A stretch of DNA of 64,000 nucleotides from Eledone cirrhosa (taxonomy: Eukaryota), in NCBI GenBank assembly GCA_964016885.1, contig OZ024740.1, positions 257,424,001 through 257,488,000 of the forward strand, given 5' to 3'. Position numbers and translations under genes: made by a program. Numbering within the stretch: the stretch's first letter is position 1; every line of letters begins with the position of its first letter. Below are positions 27,647-39,791 of the stretch, one piece after another. Below the pieces are notes generated by a model. That model did not search any database. It saw only the letters and a list, made by a program, of their open reading frames with translations, and was not told the DNA's origin.

Positions 27647-29376
27647 GCGCGCTTCCACAACCCGGGTCCATTGAACGGCTTTCGTCCCCTCGTGTCTCAG
27701 AGCACGCGATCTATCTCTGTCAACGCATCCTTCATGCTTTGCGTTGAAGAATTGGTCGAGAGTCAATTTCGCCGCAAGCACGTCGGTTGCGATGCCTGTC
27801 TCAAACGCATATTCTAGCTTTCTAAATAGCTCTACCTCTACTTTATTTTCCTCAATCACTACTCCTTTGCTAAACCTTATCGATACTACTCTAATAGCCT
27901 TTTTAAGGGTAAACCACCACCTGTTGTTGACGATCGTACCCGTCAACGAACGCTCAACTAATTCGCTAATCCGGTCTCTGTAAGATTTGGGCATCGCGAA
28001 CGACGCATTCAGCTTGCAGTAACCGGACCCTTGCCCATGGAGTCTATCTAAGTCAACTTCACAGATCACAAATTTGTAGTCTGTGTAGTTGACTACTTTC
28101 AATTGTGGACAACCTACACTAGCCTTGTCCGTTTCCTTACAGAATACCCTATCTAAATACGATCTGGATGACCCGACGGGTTTGCTCATGTCCACATTGG
28201 CACATTCGGATAATCCAGTCTATACCTGTCAGACAGTTGAAAACGTCTGAGCAGGTTGCTGAGGCTTATACATCCTCCTTCTTTGTCTACTAACCCCAAA
28301 TAATCCCAGTGTGCATCTAAGATACCGTTCCAGTCGCCCACTAACACTAAATTGCGGGACGTTTAAAGAAAGGTCCCTAGACGTCTGAATAAATCTGGCC
28401 GTCCTGCCCCCTGTTGGGGCGTAGACGGCTACTAGCCTGAAAGCATAGCTTTCGCTGCTGGTCACGTCCAGCACCACCGAATTACCTTCTGTGTCCAGGA
28501 AGATGGCCCGTATGGCGAGATCCAAGCTTCTCTGAAAAAGCACAGCAACTCCGCCTCCCATCCCAGACGACCGGGAGATGCGGATACATCGTAGCCGCCG
28601 AAGATCGGTGCGATGGCTCGTGCTTCGGAGATTCTGGTATCGCTGATGGCCACCATATCTATGTTTAGTGACCTGAGGTCGTTCAGCAGGTGACCCTGCT
28701 TCCCAGATAACCCCAGGTCACGTACATTTGTACTGCCTATTCTAAGTACGGCCATGCTGGATGAGGAAACGGCGCAAGTGAGAACGGATCAGTTACAATG
28801 ATCGTGTGAGGAGGGGACAGTAAAACCGTCCCTTCGGCTGGTCATGGGTGTCTCCAAGATGATATCGGTATATATTCTTTTGGAGAGTAAGCCCCTGAAA
28901 TTTCCAACTGCGTTGGGGAATTTTTGCTTTAATTGTTTATACATATCCAGTTTAATTTCGACAATTGTAATGCTTTGGGGTAATGTTCTTGGTGTTGGTG
29001 TGGTGTGGTAATTTGAGTCTGTAATGTCTGTGTGTTGTTTTATATGTTCCATTAATCCTTTGTGTTAGATATTTATGGCTGTGTACTGCGGAGGGGGGGG
29101 GGGGGATTTTGTTGCTGTTCGGTGTGTGGGCTCTGTTTGTTTGCGATGTTGGTGTTTTTGGTGATGCTGGTGGTGGTGTGGTTGTTGTTGGTGATGATCC
29201 TTGTGGTGGTGGTGTTGCTGCAAGTCTCCTTGCAGTCTTTACACCTCTTTCTTTGCCTTCATATTTGTGTTTCTTCTGTTTGTTGACATCCGTTTTCCAC
29301 TTCTCAGCCGCCTCATACTCCATGTCCGACAGTGAGAGGTCGGTGAGGGGTATGAGTTCTGCCCTCTCATTTGTCT

Positions 29377-29408
<32 letters not shown>

Positions 29409-30957
29409 GGTGGTGGTGGTGGTGGTGGTGGAGTCTGGTCTGCCGTTCTTGGCACAGGTGCAGCTATTGCATCTGTTTCTGTTGCTGCAGTTGCCGACGC
29501 TGTTTTTGTTGTCAGTGGCTTTGGTATGGGTGCCACGGACGTTGTCCTCCTACTCTCTGCAGAAGCTCTCGACTTTTTCGTGGACTACTCTGCTCCTGAT
29601 GGCAGCGCTTTCGTCTCTGGAAGGAGGGGCACCTTCGCCTTTGTTATTTTCTGTGGGCAGAAAGCTCTGAGGTGAGACTTCGATCCACAATTGAAGCACT
29701 TTGGGCGCCTTCTTTCAACAGATATGGGATGTTAGGAGCCATTACCGTGGTCTATTACGTCGGGAATAGCGCTGATGCAGTCCTGGTCCGTTTGGATGAG
29801 TATTTCCATTCCAATAGCGGACTAGGCCTCTCTCCCCAAACTTGGAAACTGCAGAATGGTTGTTCTATCCTCGATGCCCGCAGGAACAGACACGACCAGC
29901 CAAGGCACAGGTACGTAGGGCGGAACCTGGGTTACCCTGACCTTTGCAATTTTTTTCCCGCAGTAAAACGTGACTGTTATGTCATCACTCCGTAGGGTCC
30001 TCAGTGAGTGCAATTTTGCTTCCTGGGTGGTAGCAAAAAGGACGTCCACAGTAGCATATTTCTTACCACGGGTGATGTGGGTTTTTCGTGCTCACATAGT
30101 TCCCAAGGCCTTCTGGATTTGGGCATCCAAGGCTCTCTCCACACGACACGATTTCGTGGCAATCGTGTGGTATGACACTGTGCGTCGCTCTTGTTCCGCC
30201 AGGAAGTCGGTTGGTGGTTTCAAGGACACTGAAAATTCAGTTCTGGTTACCATGTGTTCTGCGACCGCCATCTCCTCCTCTGTGATCAGGACTGTTTCTA
30301 CGTTGCGAGCCACCTTTGCAAGAGAGATGGTCCCGTTTTCAGTGGCACCATTGTTGCCGTCGCAACTGCTGCTATTGGTCTTGTTGTTGTTGGTGCTGTT
30401 GTTGCTACTGCTACAAACGGTGTTGTTAGTGCTGCTGCTGCTGCTGCTGCTACTACTGCTACCACAGGTGTTTTTGTTAATACTGCCGCTGCCGCTGCTA
30501 CCTCCTTTGTTGTCAAATGCATCAGCAGCAGCTGATTCTCGGCCGCCGCTTGATGAAGAAGAGAAAGAAATGGCCTTTGCCTCACTTTCACTATGTGACT
30601 ATGAAGAAGACGAAAAGGAAGGCGAGACTCCACGCTGACAGCTGAGTGAAGAAAGAGAAGGTTGAGAATGATACCTTGCTGAAGGAGTAATTTTTGTGTG
30701 GAGACATGGTAGAGAAATAGATTTATTGAATGACGCAATCTTTCTTTTTTTTTGTGGGCGTATTTGCTAAATGCAAAGTTCAAATCGGAATTTAGCCCCG
30801 AAGGGCAAAATACCGATTAATTACGACCACTTTCCAGAGAAGCGGGGTGTGTTTAAACGCAAAACAGTATAAATTTTTACAATAAGTTCGCAATAAAAAC
30901 TGTTAAAAAATCACAAACTTACGGGAACAAAATTTCCTGCGACGTGTATACTTCCAC
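27647..30957 (-). mobile_element. Tx1/L1-like element copy 2 (5'UTR, ORF1 and APE; 3'-truncated)
   Basis: MAVLRIGSTNVRDLG, GGGVAVLF, LVAVYAP, SYLDRVF; homology to copy 1 ORF2 stops at ~27647. Confidence 0.88.
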
Positions 30958-30992
<35 letters not shown>

Positions 30993-30993
30993 T

Positions 30994-31137
30994 AATTGTT
31001 TCTACGTTTGCCACAAAGCCAGAATTTACCCAGTACATTACTGGTACTTTGCCAGAAATTATCCAGTACATTACTGGTACTTTATTTTATCGACCCTGTA
31101 AGGACGAAAGGCAAAGTTTACCTCGGCGGGATTTGAA
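30994..31137 (-). mobile_element. Dominant tRNA-SINE copy with an internal ~30 bp duplication
   Basis: GCCAGAA(T/A)TTA(C/T)CCAGTACATTACTGGTACTTT occurs twice. Confidence 0.75.
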
Positions 31138-31149
31138 CAATAATAACAA

Positions 31150-31625
31150 TAAAGTCCTAGGGGAAATAACAACAAAGAGAAAGAGCAACCTTCATGAAAA
31201 ATCCCTTCATAGCACCTTCTTTAAGAAAACGGAATTCAGAGATCCACAGACATGGATCTTTTCAATAGAGGAGCACTTAAAAAAGCTACAGAAGGAATAC
31301 TAATGGCTGCACAGGACCAAGCCCTCAGAACGAACTGGGTTAAACACCATATTAACAAGGAGGAGGCTAGCTCACTGTGTAGGATCTGTAGAGAGAGAGA
31401 GGAGACTGCGGCTCACATGGTATCCGAGTGGAACCAACTAGGCTCCCCTTTTTGGAACACTTCACAAGGCGTGCTTGCTGGGAACAGCAAGAACCCTCCG
31501 ATACGTCCTGAATATCTGAGGCTGCAGGTAGCGGCTTCATTTTCATTTCAACAAACTTTCCAGTTAAATAACATCAATGACTGAGACTCAAACAATAGTA
31601 ATAACGATAATAATAATATACTATT
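31150..31625 (+). mobile_element. R4/Dong-like (RLE-type) LINE 3' fragment, internally deleted, with (TAA)n-like tail
   Basis: LKKATEGILMAAQDQALRTNW..CRICREREETAAHMVSE. Confidence 0.75.
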
Positions 31626-31967
31626 ATTAATATTCGGTTCGTTTGCAAGCAAGCAGCCTCATAACAACATGCATGTTTTCTAGACGACGAACGCCATCTT
31701 TTTGTTCCAGCGGTAGCAGAGAGAAAAACAATATTCAATGTTTTCGGTGTTATTATCCCTTATCAAGACTGTGAATTTATCTAGTCTCTGCAATCCCCTG
31801 TAGCTGATGAGGATACATAGTATTATCTAATGTATATAACGGCTGATTAACCTAATTTGCATATAGAGCGATATACACCCACGTTTGCCGAAAATTAAAA
31901 ACAAAATTTGTTTTGCTCGAACATGTTGGATACATAAATGTATTGTGGGTGAATAATAATAATATAA

Positions 31968-32158
31968 TAATTGTTTCTACTTTTGGCACAAGGCCAGCAA
32001 TTACCCAGTGCATTACTGGTACTTTATTTTATCGACCCCATAAGGATGAAAGGCAAAGTTAACCTCGGCAGGATTTGAACTCAGATCAGAAAGGGGCGTA
32101 ACTCTGTGCTACAAAGCATGTTGTCCGACCCTCTACCGATACTGCCAAACCACCACCC
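31968..32158 (-). mobile_element. Dominant tRNA-SINE copy, near full length, between (AAT)n tracts
   Basis: Reverse complement of the consensus. Confidence 0.85.
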
Positions 32159-32884
32159 ATAATAATAATATAATAATGTTATTAATAATCGATTCGTTTG
32201 CAAGCAAAGAGCCTCATATAACCATGTGTGTTTTCTAGACGACTGACGTCATCCGTTTGTTCCATCGGTGCATTTCCGTAAGCATTTGTCCAAAACACAT
32301 TTTCGAACCGGTACCTGACTTGCACACATCAGATTAAAGAGTCGAGTAATGTTCGGTTGGTGGTTGATGAAGTGCATTAATAGAAATGTCACGGGTTTGT
32401 CTTATATGAGAATGTAGGCTGATATAAGCAAATGACTTTCAAATGAAAGCAACATTTCTTTCAAGACGGGAAAACCATACGAACTTGCAACGATATATTA
32501 CATTTTTCAGTTCATTTACATTAATGTTTAAGCAAAATGCAATATTTATATTTCCATAGGCAAGAAATCTATGCAGACAGAGATATTCGCATAATATATA
32601 TTTATATTTGATGGCGTGTGACTTATTCTTTATATATATATATATATATATATAACCAATTCTAGTTCTAGTTCTAAATACGAAACCTCAGTCTTGGGAA
32701 ATGAACATGTAAGTTACTGAGTATTTTATAAATATGTGTACCCTGAGATTCAGTCTGACCCTTTCAATTATAGGTCCAACTCAGTACCATCCATATACAT
32801 TAGATAGTAACATATTTCCGATAGATAGACAGAAAGGCTTTGCCTCTACCATATTAAGAAATCAGGAATGATCAGTGAAATGTG

Positions 32885-33443
32885 TCCATTTCTATTCCTA
32901 GACACACTTTGAGTGTATAGATAGATGGAAATAAATAAAGAGAACGAGAGAGATAGATTGACAGACGGAGAAGGTAAGGAAGAAAGGGAAAAACAAGAAG
33001 AAATAGATGAGCATAAATATATGTGTGTGTGGGTGAGAGAGAGGGTGATACAGAAAACTATAAAGACAACGGGGAAGATGAAAGGGGAAGAGCGTGAGAG
33101 GGATAGAGTGTGAAAGAAAATATCTGAAGTAAAGAAAAGAGTTAATGAGAGGTTGATAAAGAGTGAGAGAGAAACAGAGTGATAGAGAAATAGACAAAGA
33201 GCGAAAGGGAGTAAAACAGTGGGAGAAATTAGGAGATAGAGAGTGGGGAAAGTGGAAGAAAAAAGAGAAAGATACAGAGTTTCAGAGGACAGGGAAAGAA
33301 GGGATAAAATGAGAGAGAGGAAATAGGGAGAGGCAGATAGAGTGGAATACAGAAGGAAATAGAACGAGGGGTTAAAATGAGTAGGAAATAGAGAAGAATA
33401 CATTATGACGGAGTAAGTGAGAGAGAGAGTGTGTGTGTGTGAG

Positions 33444-33474
<31 letters not shown>

Positions 33475-33480
33475 GAGGAC
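32885..33480. repeat. Purine-rich low-complexity tract
   Basis: Direct reading. Confidence 0.85.
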
Positions 33481-33796
33481 AGGCAGAATATATATTTTCC
33501 TAATCCCTGTCAAAAAAAAAGATTGAGAAATAAGCATGTTTTAGGATGTGTGAGAGGCTTATCAACATACGTCAGTGAAACTCAACCCGTAATCCACCTT
33601 GAAACTAAATGAATTACAGGCATTACATCTGTTTAGCATCGATTTGCCGTTAACAGCCTTTAATCCAGTTTCCTTCTCTCTCCCCCTCCCTACTCTCATA
33701 ATCTGTCTTTGAGACTGCCTGTCTCTCTGACCCACTTTATATCATTACGAAGAACTTTTTCATAACACACACAACTATCCGTCATTAAATGTATAT

Positions 33797-33927
33797 ACGG
33801 CCCTTGCCATTCTGAGTTCAAATCCTGCCGAGGTTAACTTTGCCTTTCATCCTTACGGGGTCGATAAAATACAGTACCAGTAATGTACTGGATAATTGCG
33901 GGCCTTGTGCCAAAAGTAGAAACAATT
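33797..33927 (+). mobile_element. Dominant tRNA-SINE copy
   Basis: B-box, core and tail. Confidence 0.85.
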
Positions 33928-33929
33928 AA

Positions 33930-33989
<60 letters not shown>

Positions 33990-34320
33990 GAATAATCGAG
34001 TATCGAAAAATCGGCGCACGAGTTCACGATAAACAAAATTCGAGATGAGCGGCAGAGGGCTCCATAATTCAAATAAATCAGAGCTATAACTATCGTTAAA
34101 ATACCGTCACACGTAGAATATGTCTACAATCAACCAAACGACCGAAAAATTGCGATATGGAAGATTCGGGACACTCAGATAAATTATCAATAAATCAATA
34201 AATCAAATGAATGTAAAAAGCATACCCGGACCCACTAGAGAGATGGTATATCTAGCTTCTTGGGTTTCTGTAAATCCTTAAACCGTCCTCTATCAGCTCA
34301 CATATATATATATATATATC

Positions 34321-34353
<33 letters not shown>

Positions 34354-34362
34354 GTATATATA

Positions 34363-34977
34363 ATAAACAAGAGAGATGGTTTTATTCGTACATCCCTATT
34401 ATATTCGTTGTACGTATTTCGAAGATATAAGGTAGTTATATAATAACTGCCTTACGTGTTTTTCTTCACACAAATATACAAACGAGATATAAATATCCAT
34501 TTATGTTACCGGCTGCACAGGCTATTCACTTCGTCGACCAATAAGCATATGTCCAAATTTCTCTAGAAGCAGTCCTTTTTTGTGCAAGAGTTAGTTGTCG
34601 CTGTTGGCGTTGTTGCTTGTAAACTAGCTAGGGTATCAAGTTACCAGATGGGTTGCTTGATTCTTAGTGAGGCATGTTAGTCTATGTTTTATTTATATTT
34701 TTATACTAGATTCTTTCACTTAGATATTAATTTTAATTTTAGATATGTGTACTTTGATGCTGATGTTATAATGTATCTATGTATTTATGAATGGTTAATT
34801 AATTTTAATTATTTCGTGGCCTATTTAATATTATTTACGGAGGTTTTAACTATATGCTCTACGGAATGTCTTATTTATTTTGTGTAAACAAATTTTGAAT
34901 GTGTCAGAGCATTTATTAATAATTTTGTGCCTACTATTATGATGTGTAAAATCTTGTACAACGGACTCACCCCGGAG

Positions 34978-34982
<5 letters not shown>
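34363..34982 (+). repeat. Unclassified interspersed repeat; a second copy at 43027-43525 + 44749-44860 is split by a Helitron-like insert
   Basis: Colinear, e.g. GTTGTTGCTTGTAAACTAGCTAGGGTATC. Confidence 0.8.
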
Positions 34983-35031
<49 letters not shown>

Positions 35032-35198
35032 ATCTGAATTTTTCGAACATTAATAATAACATTCGATTCGTTTGCAATTATACAAACAAGCCTCAATTTT
35101 ATAGCCATGCCAACATAAGAGCAAGAATGAAGTGTTCATTCTACTGACATAGCTATACAATTGAGGCTTGTTTGCATAATTGCAAACGAATCAAATGT

Positions 35199-35706
35199 TC
35201 CCTTTATGATCTGAGTTCAAATCCCGCCGAGGTTCACTTTGCCTTTCATCCATACGGGGTCGATAAAATAAAGTACCAGTAATGTACTGGGTAATTGCTG
35301 GCCTTGTGCCAAAAGTAGAAACAATTATTAATATTGGCAGTATCGGGAGAGGGTCTGACGCCATGCTTTGTCTGACGCCTCTATGGTCTGACTTCAAATC
35401 CCACTGAGGTAATTTTGCCTTTTATCCTTACGGGGGTTGATAAAATAAAGTACCAGTAATGCACTGGGTAATTGCTGGCCTTGTGCCAAACGTAGAAACA
35501 ATTATTAATATTCGATGGTTTGGTAGTATCGGTAGAGGGTCGGACGCCATTCTTTGACGCATAGAGTTACGGCCCTTGCCATTCTGAGTTCAAATCCCGC
35601 CGAGTTTTTACTTTGCCTTTCATCCTTACGGGGGTCGATAAAATAAAGTACCAGTAATGCACAGGGATAATTGCTGGCCTTGTGCCAAAAGTAGAAATAA
35701 TTATTA
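35199..35706 (+). mobile_element. Head-to-tail cluster of three dominant-family SINEs
   Basis: Three B-box/core/tail sets ending near 35328, 35505 and 35705. Confidence 0.88.
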
Positions 35707-35902
35707 ATATTCGAAAAACTCAGATTACATTTATTGTATTTAGCCATGTAGAGCGAAATGTTCTTTCTTTATATATATATATATATTCATTAGTTAAGCA
35801 AAGCAAGACCACACATTTCACAAGGAAGATATTATTAAAAGATTGTCAACATATTTTAGTTTGATGTAAGGAATGAGAGAATAATAATAATGATATTAAT
35901 AA

Positions 35903-36082
35903 TAATTGTTTCTACAAGGCCAGCAATTATCCAGTGCATTACTGGTACTTTATTTTATCGACCCCGTAAGGATGAAAGGCAAAGTCAACCTCGGCGGAAT
36001 TTGAACTCAGAGCGTAAAGGGAAGTAACTATGCTGGAAAGCATAGCGTCCGACCCTCTACCGATACTGCCAATCCACCGCCC
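35903..36082 (-). mobile_element. Dominant tRNA-SINE copy
   Basis: Very similar to the reverse complement of 12540-12730. Confidence 0.85.
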
Positions 36083-36485
36083 TGGATTAATAATAATAAT
36101 GTCCGTTTACAATTGTTTCGCTACTCCATATAATATTTCTGGATCAGATGACTATATATCATAATTGATCTGGTTCAGTTGAAAATAATTAACATATTTA
36201 AAAGACAGAGCGGCTCATCGGAACTTCAAAGGAATATAAATAAAAATAATGAGAGAATGTTTCATAATATAATGTTCCATATATCGGTTTTTACTATGGT
36301 GTCTTGGTTGCATTATAATTATAAAAGAATATAAAGAAAGAGAGACAGGTAAACAAACACGAATGATAAAGCAACGTAAAGAGTGGAAAAATGAGAAAAA
36401 TCAAGTCAATGATTCAATTGAACATAAGAATTTGCGAATATTGACGAGAAGACGAAAGACACATCTTATCCGTGCGAAAGTAAGC

Positions 36486-36528
<43 letters not shown>

Positions 36529-36641
36529 ATTTCGCCTCAAGCATAGCGTTATACAAATATGTATAGAAATTTCGTATTTCAAAAGAAACACGGCTTTAGG
36601 AAGTCGCAGTTATGCAAACACACTTGCAAGCGATGGGAGGG

Positions 36642-36685
36642 ACCGTCCCGAAGAAGGCCACTCAAGCCTGAAATGTATAGACGGT
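36642..36685 (+). ncRNA. Type I hammerhead, degenerate sibling of 42700-42743
   Basis: ACCGTC-CCGAAGA-AGGCCACTCAAGCCT-GAAATGTATA-GACGGT; core U4 is C. Confidence 0.65.
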
Positions 36686-36902
36686 TGTCCCCTTGCTTCT
36701 GCTGGACACCACCAGAGGGCGTTAGGCCCGGTGTTTGCATAGCTACGGCTAAAACCGTGTTTCGTTAGAAATACGAAATATATATATATATATACATATT
36801 AATAAAAGGAATTCCAACTTTGTCTTTGCTATCAGTCAAATTTGCAATTTTCAACAATTTTCAACAGTTGAAAATTGCAAACTTGACTGTCACCACAGAA
36901 TA

Positions 36903-36941
36903 TGAACCTGAAGATTGCGAAAGCATGAATGTACTTGTTCA
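36903..36941 (+). ncRNA. Minimal type I hammerhead with one core mismatch
   Basis: TGAAC-CTGAAGA-T-TGC-gaaa-GCA-T-GAAT-GTAC-TT-GTTCA. Confidence 0.6.
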
Positions 36942-37146
36942 ACTAACACTTAACATTTAATATTCTACCATACTATTTCATTCTAATACCATTATAATTT
37001 TAAAGGATTGTAAATAAAACGAGTAAATCAGACAAAGTTGGAATTCCTTTTATTAATATAATCTTCTATCCACAATCATACAGACCCGTGTATATATATA
37101 TATATAAAAATTACATGAATCAAAGTTCTGTTCAAACCATTTATTA

Positions 37147-37191
37147 GCTTACAATTGTTTCTTCCAAACCGAGGTTTGAGGTCTTCGGAGC
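37147..37191 (-). ncRNA. Hammerhead-like motif in the left arm
   Basis: GCT-CCGAAGA-..CAAACC-tc-GGTTTG..-GAAACAATTGTA-AGC. Confidence 0.55.
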
Positions 37192-37868
37192 AATTTTTCA
37201 ATGATTGTTTACATACATGACCTCCTTTCCAACACAAGAGACATACAGAAACATATGTATATATCGATGCACAGTGGGCTGACATCCATTATAATATTTT
37301 AGCATGGCAATTTACATTCAAAAATTAAAAGAAAATTAAGACAAAATTAAAGTTAAAATACAACATCGGCAGTTTACGAAGATAATGCAAGAGGATAGTT
37401 TGAAGTGGTTAGTGTATGCAATGGTTACACGTGGTGCATGCGCGTGTGTCTTATTTATATAAGATTATATATGCAATACAAGCACTTTAAGCGGGCAATC
37501 AAGAGTATTATGGGGGTTGTATTGGTAAAGTATTTTTTTATGTTTGATATAGAAGCTTGTGTGCAAAGAAATATTAAAAATGAGAAGCAATATAATCTTA
37601 TATAAATAAGACACACGCGCATGCACCACGTGTAACCATTGCATACACTAACTACTTCAAACTATCCTCTTGCATTATCTTCGTAAACTGCCGATGTTGT
37701 ATTTTAACTTTAATTTTGTTTTAATTTTCTTTTAATTTTTGAATGTAAATTGCCAAGCTAAAATATTATAATGGATGTCACCCCACTGTGCATCAATATA
37801 TACATATGTTTCTGTATGTCTCTTGTGTTGGAAAGGAAGTCATGTATATAAACAATCATTGCAAAATT

Positions 37869-37913
37869 GCTCCGAAGACTCCTAACCTCGGTTTGGAAGA
37901 AACAATTGTAAGC
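37869..37913 (+). ncRNA. Hammerhead-like motif in the right arm
   Basis: GCT-CCGAAGA-stem II-GAAA, palindromic ACAATTGT, GUA, AGC. Confidence 0.55.
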
Positions 37914-38114
37914 TAATAAATGGTTTGAACAGAACTTTGATTCATGTAATTTCTATATAACTGCTCTGTAGAACATATGATGTTATTACATTGAGCTATT
38001 TATCTTGCTGGTAATAAGGTAGTAATAAATTACTGTCTTTCACTGTTTAGGGTTTAAAATATATATAACTATAAAAGGTTTTAGTATATACATAACCATA
38101 AATAGTATCCTTAA

Positions 38115-38176
<62 letters not shown>

Positions 38177-38266
38177 CATACACGGAACAAAGGCGTTACT
38201 GAAGGTTTCAGAGCCCAACATTTGACTAGACCTATGGATATCACTACAAACATAAACACACACACA

Positions 38267-38376
<110 letters not shown>

Positions 38377-38666
38377 CGTAAAGTGAGTCCCAGGTTCAAT
38401 AGGAGGTAACCACATGTAGGTAGTGACGGTTTCTTCAAGAAAATCAATGATTTAACTCTGCACATTGTTCTTGGTTGAAATTTGAGGTTTTTCCTGTGAT
38501 ATTCATGTTCTTTCAACACTTTAGACGACAGGAATCTTTAAATACCGTGTTTTCTCCATTCATCTCTCTCCATATATCTTCATACATACATAGGTAAATA
38601 CATACGCACATAGAAACAAACACACATACATATATACATACATACATACATACCTACATACATACA

Positions 38667-38700
<34 letters not shown>

Positions 38701-38709
38701 CATACAAAC

Positions 38710-39083
38710 ATGATGGCCCCCCTCGTTATCGAGTATGGCCATTGCATGATATACCATTATTAATAATTATTAATTAATTCTATCGTTCAATGCCTGGGCG
38801 TGAAGATATTTTTTAAAGTGAGGAAAGACTGTGCACTGAACCAATCCCACTCTCTGAGCGACAGTAGCTATAACCCGAAAAGAAGAAAAGATCACCATCA
38901 TCGGTAACTACTGAGCCGCAGGTTTTATATCGGAGTTATCCCAGTTTCCTGAGTTGCCTTCTCCTAGAAGAATGCCCTGACAAAGGCTAGGGGTCCTTCA
39001 CTCCCAGTGGTTTAACCGCGCGGTACATGTCTATATACATATTTACACACTTTTGGATGGCCGTTGACTCTATGAGTTCTTCC
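38710..39083 (-). mobile_element. RTE-5'UTR-like non-coding repeat (copy 3, 5'-truncated)
   Basis: Near-identical reverse complement of ~6595-6970. Confidence 0.8.
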
Positions 39084-39669
39084 ACCCACACACACATACA
39101 TATATACATATATACATACACAGATACATACATACATGAATGCATGCATATATACAAACATACATATATACATATACATACACACAAACATTTCATGTAT
39201 ATATACATATATGTAGGCATACTTATATAGATACGTATATACATATGTATATAAGTATGCCGACGTATGTATATATACATGTACTGTTTGTATGCATGTA
39301 TGGGTGTATGTATATACGTATATATGTATGTTAGTATATGTGTATGTATTTACCTCTGTATGTATGCAGTTATCTGGAGAGAGATGAATGGAGAAATATA
39401 TATATATGTTTTGGTCCTCTGAAATAGCGATGTATATATGAATGTACGTATTGTATATTTACTGATATACTGTATGTTTCGCTATGAATTTAAGGTAGTG
39501 ACTAACGTCACGTGGCTAGCTTCAGCAAATACAAGGAGAAAAAACTGAAGATCGTTTCTCACCTTTTAGTGGTTATCAATGTTATATATCCCTTATTTTT
39601 GCTGTGAGCTATAGAAGCTGGATTCTTATAGAATTCCAATTATGTTTAAAATCATTATCATAGAGAGTT

Positions 39670-39791
39670 GATCTGAGTTCAAATCCCGCCGAGGTTAACT
39701 TTGCCTTTCATCCTTACGGGGTCGATAAAATAAAGTACCAGTAATACACTGGTAAATTGCTGGCCTTGTGCCAAAAAGTAGAAACAATTAT
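39670..39791 (+). mobile_element. Dominant tRNA-SINE copy (5'-truncated)
   Basis: B-box, core and tail. Confidence 0.85.

Larger units (their letters stand above)
37101..37959. repeat. Long inverted repeat, ~370 bp arms (37101-37470 / 37590-37959)
   Basis: Arms are near-identical reverse complements around a ~120 bp spacer. Confidence 0.95.

Noticed and set aside
25800-30638. Plus-strand hydrophobic poly-V/L ORFs resembling membrane proteins
   Set aside because: Antisense readings of trinucleotide linkers in the Tx1 ORF1s
31803-31830. Plus-strand CTGATGAGGATAC
   Set aside because: No GAAA or stem III follows
34222-34300. Minus-strand CTGATAGA...GAAACCCA..TGGGTC
   Set aside because: Good stem III and GUC but no stem I or stem II; at most a remnant
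35199-35706. CRISPR-like or tRNA-gene array
   Set aside because: The units are SINE copies found throughout the window, with no unique spacers, cas genes or cloverleaf
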